Assembly: GCA_964016885.1 (NCBI GenBank) | Contig: OZ024740.1 | Coordinates: forward strand, 122,016,001-122,080,000 | Reading direction: 5' to 3' | DNA: 64,000 nt | Origin: Eledone cirrhosa | Lineage: Eukaryota | Shown here: piece by piece, positions 53,962 through 64,000 of the stretch | How the letters are laid out: every line of letters begins with the position of its first letter | Position numbering within the stretch: position 1 is the stretch's first letter | Notes under the pieces: model-generated | Told to the model about the DNA's origin: nothing | Databases searched by the model: none | The model's input: only the letters and a program-made list of their open reading frames with translations | Made by a program: the position numbers and the translations under genes

Positions 53962-56900
53962 GTGTACAGTTGTGTTTAATGTTTGTTTATCTAAAATATA
54001 CATACATGATTATGGTGTTGAAACATATATGCGTTGTATTTTGTAGGTGTTTATCGCTATGCAGGCCATGTTTTATGAATGAATATGTGTAAGCATATCC
54101 AACAATACAAATAAATCGATATCATATTTCATTTTCACCTATTTTCCAAATTCACGCCTGCAATCTTAAATGGAGATTATATTTGGTTTTCGACCAGCTG
54201 TGATCAAGCTGACCTACAATAACATCTATGTCACATATAAGCATTTTGTCTCTTTCTTTAGCTTATTGTATTTCGCTAATATTACGCAGTGAAATTTCTT
54301 TCATATAATTTGCAGACAGTATCGTGTGATTTGAAGAGAGTTTACCGCCTATTCCTTGTAGTACTTTTATATCGTAGCTTCAGGATTCAATAAATTTAGT
54401 ATCTGTACTGAGGCGATGGATTGGCGGAATTGTTAATATGGCATACTAGACGTCTGGCTCTCGGTTGTGTTTAAATAACCGTCTCCTCACCTACGATTTG
54501 CGACCGGCAGATATTATCGACAATGGAAATACCAATGGAAACAATATCCTTGGTTAAATTTCTGGATCAGCTTCTGTTATATTCGTTTTAATATAGGCTA
54601 TACCGATTGGCTCGAAGCTGCTTTGTCGGGTCGTTGAATTTTTGGCTCGCGTAGAGGCTCCTTCGTTATTCACAACCTGTTCGGTCCTTAATATTATCAG
54701 CATAAACAACTACTTTGCCAGTTATAATTCTGTTTTATTAAGGCTTGTTTGTATTAAAACCTTTCAAACAGTACATATTTGGAAATTTTCTAAATTTTCA
54801 AAATACTTACGTTAGTCCAATATAATAACTTAGACTCCTGATGTCAATCATCAGGTTAAAATAAAACTAAAATCATTTTAAATGTTACAAAATTTAATTG
54901 GAATAACCTGAAATGGCATTGTTCTTTTGTTTTACTGTATTAGCCCTTGTTTCTCTACTCATTAAAGTTGCCCATTTCGTTTCCACAAATATGCCTGCAA
55001 CATATTCTTGCTGGTTATGAAAAAGGAAAAATAAGAAAATTCGAATGATTACAATCAAAATCCTAAGCAGCGGAAAAAGCGGAAAAACTGATCGAAGATG
55101 GTTGATCCTTCATCAGTTCCAACAAGGATTATTTAGTCATTCGATTAGATTAACGTTCTATTCGTGACAACACTTTTCATTGAGTATTCCACTGACATTG
55201 TGGCTCTTAACACAACTGTCACGCAGAATCAGTCAGATTTATATTGCAGGAATCATTCCTCGAACCGGCTTTTGCGCCGATTCTGTCGAGCCAGTTGCAG
55301 TTAATACGTTTGATTGACACGAAGGTACAGTAAAAGAAGTTCTTCCGAAAACGTTTCCGAGTGGGATCGACCCTGTCTCCACATTATTGCGAAACGAAAT
55401 TCTTAACCACCTGCATCCATTTATTAGGATTTAGGTCAATCATGGATAACAACCCAAAACTATCAATTTACATGACCAGTCTTAGAATGAGGTAGAATCC
55501 ACAGATATGAAAGTGTCGTGACTCATATCAGTTAAACTTTATGCGAATTATATGAAATACTGACAAATATGATATTGTATAATCATACACCAGAAAATAT
55601 ATCTAAGAGAATGAAGAAAACAACTATATTTATGCACTGTCGATACCGTAAAATGTGAATGATTCTTAACACGTCATGATGAATATATAGATGAAACTAA
55701 ATATTAATGTCAATTTTTCAGATAAATATACTAATGAAACAATTATTTGACTATATGTGTAATTATGGTCCTTTCGAAATTATATTATATGCATTTTAAT
55801 ACACATCTTAAGTCCATTCTCAATAAAATGGTATACCCAAATAATAAAACGCTTTCTGAGTCTCTGAAAGTAAATTTCTCTACCTATTAGCACGTTTTGC
55901 GTGACTAAATTTCATTTCATTTAAAGAGTGGTTATTGCAAAATAACAATATAATATGTTTTCGCGAATTCCCCACGATTTCGTTTCTAAATTATATTTTA
56001 TATTTAATTACATTAGTTTAAAGCTACGGTGACTTATTTCTATACTTTTAAAAATATCTGAATGTCTATGAACAATGAATGCATACAAAATACCTGTATA
56101 TATATATATGTGTGTGTATGTGTGTGTGTTCTGTGTTTATGTTTGACTTGAGTTCGTGTATATTTTCCGTACCGTAGTGGTGCGGTTCGGCAAATAAGAA
56201 GTCGATATAATACCTGCTCCTTTCGAAATAGTGCCCGTCATGGCCTTAGTTTCATGATTGAAGCAGTAAAAGAAGAATTATAGATTACATACAACGCCAA
56301 TCCTAAATATGTACCATATATTAATATACAATGTTGCAGATTAAATACGTAACAATGATCCTACATACCGATATTTATGAGTTTATGATTGTATATGTGT
56401 ATTTGAATGTGGATGTAAGCTTGATGTCACCACTCAAACATAATGTAGCTTCAGCCATTCCGACCATGTATCAAATATGTTGATTTGCCCCTCGCTTATT
56501 TACTCTAAATATTGTTTTTCACATGCGTTTTCCGTCGCTATGATGAAATATTTTCCTACTGCTCGCGAATCATATTTGCTAACATTCCTAAGTCCAGTAG
56601 TAATCAGATACGGCATAATGGCATCCAGTGAATCCAACAACTCTCTTTTCGTACTATTTGATGCGAATAAATATGTTATTATGTATCACAGATTTATATA
56701 GGCTTTGTGGTTTTGATCAAAAGGAGGTGTATATGCTGACAGATTTAAATGAATATTACGTACAATGGAAAACATACAAATATGTGTACGTACAAAAACA
56801 TGTAATAGTAAGTGGAAGTGGGATGTAAAGATGCAATAATGAAATAAGATAGGGACATAGATGTAGTGAAATACAAAAAAAGAGAGGAAATCATAACGAA

Positions 56901-57349
56901 ATATAGATCAGGGGATGGAATGTATTAGGGTGTAAGATTTTGGATAATGTAAATAAGTGAGTAAATTACAAAGATTACGAAGCTCTGACGTTAACAAAAG
57001 AAGGGGTGAATGGTGAATAAACCCACTTATATGGAGGAAGAGGGGAGGGAATATGAGGATTAATATAACGGATTACACGATGAAAAAGGACATCGAAGAA
57101 GAGACGGAAATGTAGTGTTAACACAGGTAGAGAAGATCTTGCTTACATAGATAAATGAAATAAAATGAAAAGATTCAATAGGCAAATACGAGCCCCTTTT
57201 CCTATTACGAGATAGAAGAAAAGTCAATTAAAAAAACAGGTTATTTTCAGTTTTGTTACAAAGTACCTCTCACCATCTCTTAAAACATGTGTTCTAATGT
57301 CGTTACAAGTCTTATTATGTGTAGTACAAGAAAGGTCCATTATGGTGAG

Positions 57350-57500
57350 CTCGGAAATTTGGTGGCATTCTGTTTTATCAACTTCAAATGGCCGAAAGAC
57401 AAATTTGACTCCAGCGGGATTTGAACTCATCACGCAAAGCACCTGAATAAAATGCACTAAGAATTTACCCGATGCTCTAATAACTTTGCAAATCCACCGC
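57350..57500 (-). mobile_element. Older, diverged tRNA-derived SINE
   Basis: Minus strand gcggtggatttgcaaagttattagagcatcggg...tgagttcaaatccc with A/B-box-like motifs. Confidence 0.65.
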
Positions 57501-57562
57501 TCTCGACAGTACTTACGAAATAGTAAGATATCTGCACAAAATTCATGTATACGTTATAGAAT

Positions 57563-57652
57563 ACTTGTTTCTAATTTAGGCACAAGGCCAGCAATTACTC
57601 AGTGCATTACTGGTACTTTATTTTATCGACCCCGTAAGGATGAAAGGCAAAG
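57563..57652 (-). mobile_element. 5'-truncated SINE copy
   Basis: Reverse complement of the SINE 3' half. Confidence 0.85.
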
Positions 57653-57852
57653 TATATGGTAGAAAAGGAGAGATTCAAAATATTGACAAGGGTTGATAGC
57701 CCTTAAACAATTGTTGATTGTTTCTCTCTGACACCGTTAGAACAAAACGATGGTGATAGTTGTGTAAAACACAGCGTTACGACGCTATTTTCCTGCAAAC
57801 GAATCGAATTTGTTTAATATTATTATGATATTATTATTATTTGATATAAAGT

Positions 57853-57965
57853 CAGATCCCGCCGAGGATAACTTTGCCTTTCATCCTTACCGGGTCGATA
57901 AAATAAAGTACCAGTAATGTACTGGAGTAATTGCTGGCCTTGTGCCAAAAGTAGAAACAATTATC
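57853..57965 (+). mobile_element. 5'-truncated SINE copy with approximate target-site duplication
   Basis: SINE 3' part; atttgatataaa is present on both sides. Confidence 0.85.
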
Positions 57966-58168
57966 ATTTGATATAAAACTCACGAATGCATATACATAGA
58001 GTATTTAAATTATATTGCTTTCTAAAGAGGATGGAAGTATTTCAAAAGAATTCTACCTATTACCCTATAATATCTTCGGTCTGTTACCCCTTATAGGTGA
58101 TTTCATAATTACATAACGGGAGCTATCATGTCCGGTCTTATACTCTTACCATTATTAAGTTACCTTAA

Positions 58169-58359
58169 GGGCGGTGGATTGGCAGTATCGGTAGAGGGTC
58201 GGACGCCATGCTTTCCAGCATAGTTACGTCCCTTTACGATCTGAGTTCAAATCCCGCCGAGGTTGACTTTGCCTTTCATCCTTACGGGGTCGATAAAATA
58301 AAGTACCAGTAATGCACTGGATAATTGCTGGCCTTGTGCCTAAAGTAGAAACAATTATT
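58169..58359 (+). mobile_element. Full-length tRNA-derived SINE (resembles octopus SINE families) with Pol III boxes and TSD
   Basis: A box tggcagtatcgg 58180-58191; B box gagttcaaatc 58243-58253; attattaagttacctt duplicated at 58151-58166 and 58354-58369. At least 8 related copies in the window. Confidence 0.92.
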
Positions 58360-58611
58360 AAGTTACCTTGCCTATATTACTCTGAACACAGACAAGCATT
58401 TGCCGCTACAAGTCCAACAGTACATCTGATCTTGGACATAATCAATTCCTACTTCCAACAGCATATTTCTGACAATGAAATTGCTATTTCCACTGCGCGC
58501 CATATATCATTGATTTTTCTCGAAAAATATGTAACATTAATATATGATAAAACTGTCGATTAGAAATATATTCATATTTATATGCGTAATCAATAATGAT
58601 ATATATATGCA

Positions 58612-58700
58612 TGTTACAACATGATATTTTATATCATACGCAATGTAACACACACACACATATACATATATATGTCTGTGTATGTGTGTGTTGGGGGGGG

Positions 58701-58766
<66 letters not shown>

Positions 58767-59523
58767 ACATCCTGACTTGTTTATATTTTGAAGCTGCACA
58801 TACCAATATAGTTTGCTCTTATACACGGACTAGATTTTGAATATTCCTCTGTAATAATTTTAAAATATCTTCGTCATTACTAAACAGTTTCGTATTCCTT
58901 TTCGTTTTCTTCAAATACGAAGATACTTCAGTATTTTTAATTATGTGGTGTATTCATTTTCACAAAATAATTATAGATATGCATTCATACTTTCTTTTTA
59001 CTTATTCCATATAATCCAATTACACAAAAGCGTCTCATACTTATTTTGTGTCATATTTGTGTTGGCTCCATTTACACGATCTTGTAAAGGAAACAAAGAC
59101 AAGCATTAAAACAATAGGAGAAATCATCCTTGACTGAAGCTAAATTTTAAATATTGGTGAGAAAAATAGTGGGCACTCTACACTTAACAATAAATATAAA
59201 TATGAAATATCAGCGACAGCTTTAAAGTAAATAGCCTATCCTATGAGAGCATTTATGTATTATAAATTGTGATTGTTTAAAAATGTGAACATTTCCGAAA
59301 CACATAGCATTATGAGATTGGTTACTTGGAAACGAATCGGATGTTAATAATAATATTATTATATTATTATTTTTCTATATAACCAAAATATAAACAAGTC
59401 AGGATGTTGTATATATATATATATATAAATACATCCACCCCCCAACACACACACACATATATGTATATATGTGTGTCTGTGTGTGTGTGTGTGTTACAAT
59501 ACGTATGATATAAAATGTTCATG
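58612..59523. repeat. Local inverted duplication of about 150-180 bp, including microsatellites
   Basis: 58612-58790 (…caacatcctgacttgtttatattttg) is the reverse complement of 59383-59523 (caaaatataaacaagtcaggatgttg…). Confidence 0.75.
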
Positions 59524-59529
59524 CTGAAC

Positions 59530-59650
59530 CATTCTGAGTTCAAATCAGGCCGAGGTTAATTTGGTTTTTTATTCTTACGGGGTCGATAACATAAAGCACC
59601 AGTAATACACTGGGTAATTGCTGGCCTTGTGCCAAGAGTAAAAACAATTA
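59530..59650 (+). mobile_element. 5'-truncated SINE copy
   Basis: B box through the tail; diverged. Confidence 0.8.
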
Positions 59651-61079
59651 TTTTTCTATATAAAACTCAAGAATGCATACACAATGAGTATTTATAATAC
59701 ATATCCTTCTGAAGGGGTTACCAGTTAATTAACAGATATGTTATAAATATTTCTAAGGGTAGGTTTATACAATCGTAAATCTTATTTCATCACAAACACA
59801 TGGGAGTCTTTTTCTCTTAAAATATCAAATTCATATATAGATATAAATATATTCATTTGTTTTGCTTCAAATCTAATTTATTCTATTATCATATTATAGG
59901 ATATATGTGTTTACAAATCTCAAACAAAACTCTCTTTTCTGTCATGATTTTAGAGTAGTCCTCCTAAAAAGTGGACAGCTGAACTTTTGAAGGAAGTTTG
60001 CAAAACTCCGAAAAAAGAACAGGTAGTCAACGAGGTATATACCCTTTCAGAACGTTTAAAATTAGAGGTTTTCTCACTTAAGTCACAGAAGAGTGAAAGG
60101 GAGAAATGAAGGAAATGAATGTGCGTAGAAGATTAGGTGGGGGGAGGGATACAAAACAGCTGGCATAACAGTGTGGGTGATATACGAATTCGATAAATAT
60201 TGCACGATATGGAGAAACATAATATATGAGGGATGGGTGGTGATGTTCCGTATCAAATAAAGATCAAGTGATAAAGGATTGGTGTGGTGAGGTCCAAGCA
60301 TGTGAAGTAGAATATAGTTGTATAACGAAATTCACAAACTCAGGGAAGGTGTGTATGACAACAATTTAACAGAGAATTATATTTGAAGTGTTTATAACAA
60401 ACAGATAAATGGGTAAGAGAAATGGAGAGGGTGAATTGACAAGTGAAAACAACAATGTCCACAAATGTGTGATATTCTGTTATGGAATGTGGAGCACAGA
60501 AGTTAGGTGTTAACTTAGGAAGTGATAGCAAAGTGTGTTATTCTTAGTAATGACAAGTTTGTTACACACAGTGCGTACATTATTATATTAAGTATAAGCA
60601 CAATATTACTGAAATATATACAGTCAATGAGTGTATAACTGTATAGAGACAAATATATACATCCCAACGTATACAGGCCATACATAATAAACAGAAAATT
60701 ACGGCAAACAGAATCTACAAAGATAGATGTTTCACACACATATAGTGGGTATATCTTAAGCGAAGGGTTTAAATAATTTGTACATGTAATATATTATCAG
60801 ATAGTATTTACAAATACATAGTTGCATTAACATACCTGTGTATGTAGATAATAAAACAACAGCAAATACAGGACAAACTCCAAGAGAACCATTGTAAGTG
60901 GACACAGGAATAAATGAAAGTTGTACGAATAATATATTCAGTATAGATTCTAAGACTTTTTATGGACACCCAGTGTATGCTCACCGAATCTATCCCTCAA
61001 ACAGTAATTATATTTCCTTGTGTGTAGTGAATCACACAATGTGTACGCTGTAAAGTATATTATGTTCGAGTTGTCATAG

Positions 61080-62450
61080 CCAAATTAGTCGATTACGCTG
61101 ATACTTGATCTGAGGCCAAACATTGTATTTATAGAGCCTGATGAAAGGAGATATATAGTAATGTGGTCTGCAATGCACTGATGTTATAGTTTGTTATGAG
61201 AACAAGGGACATAGTTACTGGCATGTCTCAGATATTGCTATTTCTTCTGAATGATAGGAGTGAAGGATAGAGAAATATAGGATCGTTTAGGTGGTCTGAT
61301 ATCGAATTGCGAACATTGCGATATAGTGTATTTTGAGCAGCAGCAGAGAAAGAGGAAAGGCAATATAGACCACGGAATAACGGAGAAAGAGTGTTATTAC
61401 GTTGATATAGACAGACATTGTGTTCAATTAAGAAGAACCTATAGGAAAAAACGTATAAGAAAAAAAATGGCTCAATTATTTTGAATAAAAGACAGACAGA
61501 ACTTGCTACAAAAATGGAGCGTCAGGAGGAAAAGGGAATAGCATATTTCAACATGGAAACAATAGAATTCATGAAAACGAAATCGAATTAGGAATGAAAG
61601 TTGTAATTTTGTATTTGACCTGTGTGAAGAGGTTAATGTTGTCGATGAGGTAAGAATGTCTGAATGATATATATTAATTCCTATGTGAGCCGGAAATTAT
61701 TGATGATATAAAGCGATACTGATATAATCATCAATCGTATATGTCAAGACTTGGTATAATGAACACCGTGAAACTAGGTGAATTATTTATAAACTAGGTG
61801 CATTATATCTGAAAAACATCAGGATGGCCACGGTTTGAATGACCGGATGTATCTTGTCTTGCCAACTCGAGATAAAATAGCAAACACAAAGGCTCTATAG
61901 TTTCATTCAGTCAATAATCTCCTTATTCTAATTAACGTTATCATTCTGAGAATTAGAAAACCTTTTACACGAGGTGCAGAAACATTTGCCTCTCTTAATC
62001 CTTAAACGAATAGTTATAAAAGACTAAATTCAAGTATTCTATTTCCTTAGTTATTAATGTTTCATATAGAACAATAAGCCATTTATATAGAACGGAGATT
62101 AATAATCAAACAATAGTCGGCCAAAACGAAATAAGCGATAAATCTAGTCAAAAGAACAAAGAAAATATTTAAAAAAATCAAATGAGGTTGTAGATTGGGC
62201 ACATTTTATATTACACATATTCGTAGAAAAATAATTGCTAAATCTGCACGAAAAGTGGACTATCTCTGGATTATCCCTGTTATGTAAATACTAAAGAATA
62301 TAAAAGTATGATTAGAGCAATCTAAGTTGTCTATGTCGATTAAAAGGAAATCAAAACGAATATATTAATAAACGTAATTCATCAATACAAGATTGTGGCC
62401 ATTTGATGTCATCGATTGTAATGGTTTAGTGTTAGCTCTATCTTCAAATC
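61080..62450 (+). mobile_element. Possible very old PLE RT relic
   Basis: PNIVFIEPDERRYIVMW resembles the PLE NIVIKPADKG..VVM motif, with weak SYVKD-like and SLY.N-like remnants downstream. Heavily decayed. Confidence 0.35.
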
Positions 62451-62947
62451 AAAGAAGTTGCTACTTAAAGAAATATTCACCACGAATTAAATATTATGGA
62501 CACAGGTAACAAACGTCAATTTTCGGTAGTAGTAGCATTGTAGCATGCATATATGGTTTTTTAATTGGCAGTGGGTTGTGTTATGATAATATAACATATT
62601 TAATCCAGCACGAATGAAGATGAGAGTTATAAAAATTCTTCGAATCAAAGAAAGCGTACATGATAAAACAACATGATAAAGCACAACCCTTTCCCGCTAA
62701 ATATACAAACAATAAACAACTAACAAGAAACTAACTACACTGAAATAAAAGATTTAGGAAAGGATAAAATAACAGAAAATGTTCAAAGAGCAATAAAAAG
62801 TGTATTTCAAAATATACTGAGGAAAATAATTAAGGGAAAGTCACAGCATGGTTATTATCCCGCAACATAAGGCAGAGAGGATGTGTGCCAACACAGAATC
62901 AAATGATGCCTGTGCATATGTAAGTATATATATATATATGTATATAT

Positions 62948-63049
62948 AGGTTAACTTTGCCTTTCATCATTACGGGGTCGATAAAATAAAGTACCAGTTA
63001 TACACTGGTATAATTGCTGGCTTTGTGCCAAAAAGTAGAAACAATTATT
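62948..63049 (+). mobile_element. 5'-truncated SINE copy
   Basis: aggttaactttgcctttcatc...agtagaaacaattatt. Confidence 0.85.
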
Positions 63050-63600
63050 AGGTATTTTGGTGTTCCTCCGGATATGGGTGTAAAGCGAAGAGACGTTTGT
63101 ATTTGCGGGTGTCGGTTTTCTCAGTTTTGGAGGCTGCGGATGTTGTTGAGGGTTCAGATTAAGTCCGGCTTTCCGTTGGCTGTTGGTATTGCCATTCCTG
63201 CGGAGGCGTTTGTTATTCAATTTCATGATGACATTGCTCAGGTCAGCTGTGGTGGAATAGAATAGTCGGAACGAGTCTCTATTTAGTATTCTATGGAATG
63301 TATGTGATGGAGGAAAGTGTTCGTCTATAGGTTTGAAGAAGAGATAGGATAGCTTTGTAGTTAACAGATCATCGTGCGGAGATTATACCATTGGTATGAT
63401 ATTTTGTGGGACCTCCTTGTTTTTTTCTTATTCGCAGTATTATTATTTGTCCCACCACTGCGGGGCTTTGAGCCGATTGTATTTAACTTTGCAAAATGTA
63501 TATGGTATGATCGTGATGTTTTCCTATTGGGATGGTCGGATTTTCCCCGGTTCATCATAATCGCCCCTAAGTAGAGCAGCGTTGTAATAGTTTGCATGTG
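63050..63600 (-). mobile_element. Neptune-like PLE thumb/linker fragment
   Basis: Minus strand KKTRRSHKISYQWYN..., then IDEHFPPSHTFHRILNRDSFRLFYSTTADLSNVIMKLNNKRL, the same motif class as 51990-52110. Confidence 0.75.
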
Positions 63601-63665
63601 CGCTCTAAGAGTGTGAAGATCCTAAGTATACATTTTTAACAATGGAGTTAGTGACAGTCCTAGTT

Positions 63666-63727
<62 letters not shown>

Positions 63728-63729
<2 letters not shown>

Positions 63730-63845
63730 AAATGTTTATCCCCGAGGGCAGATATCTAGCAGTTTCGACGACTATTTCGACGGCTATTTCCAGAAATAAC
63801 CGTTGAAACAGCTTGAGCTCTGCCGTCGGGTTTAAACATGTTCCT
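63728..63845. mobile_element. Short fold-back repeat family member (hairpin only)
   Basis: Diverged match to the 14729-14845 hairpin, embedded in (TA)n. Confidence 0.7.
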
Positions 63846-63855
63846 ATATATATAT

Positions 63856-63930
63856 ATGATGAACGACTTCGGACGCCTCTGTGAAACCTTGGGTAATGGA
63901 ATAGTTGTATTGTGTTGTTTATTACATAAT

Positions 63931-63935
<5 letters not shown>
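63856..63935 (+). mobile_element. 80-bp insertion in (TA)n that begins within a hammerhead core
   Basis: (A)TGATGA-acga...tctgt-GAAA-ccttggg-TA-atgg; the 5' arm of stem I and C3 are absent. Confidence 0.55.
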
Positions 63936-63996
<61 letters not shown>

Positions 63997-64000
63997 TATA

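Noticed and set aside
55081-55120. Minus-strand ggaa-CTGATGA-aggat caacc atctt...ttcc
   Set aside because: Short stems are present, but GAAA is replaced by cGATC and the spacing is wrong; insufficient evidence.
58169-58260. tRNA gene
   Set aside because: A and B boxes are present, but there is no cloverleaf and it continues into a repeated SINE body with a TSD.
61133-61180. CTGATGA at about 61138 as a hammerhead
   Set aside because: No stem II, GAAA or stem I partner; lies in a probable decayed RT frame.

Overview
AT-rich, microsatellite-dense eukaryotic DNA. The tRNA-type SINE and overall repeat landscape resemble an octopus genome, but that is inference. No host protein-coding gene can be supported, and nearly all short ORFs are microsatellite artefacts. 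The window is mostly retroelement debris: several Penelope-like element (PLE) fragments (RT, thumb/linker, GIY-YIG), a 5'-intact but 3'-truncated CR1/L2-type LINE (ORF1 with PHD + 3 CCCH fingers; ORF2 APE endonuclease in the -1 frame behind a U_UUU_UUA heptamer), an RTE LINE relic, many SINE copies and a probable non-autonomous Helitron. The main hidden signal is RNA. By eye I find about 20 type I hammerhead ribozyme (HHR) cores (intact, point-mutated or truncated) from roughly ten unrelated sequence families. Several lie in non-coding 448-591 bp units arranged as partial or full tandems, often with an inverted arm, inserted into (TA)n tracts. The clearest is a 466-bp tandem/inverted array (17371-19932) with one minimal HHR per full unit, i.e. 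a retrozyme-like, PLE-dependent self-cleaving RNA element. All structure calls are manual and untested.
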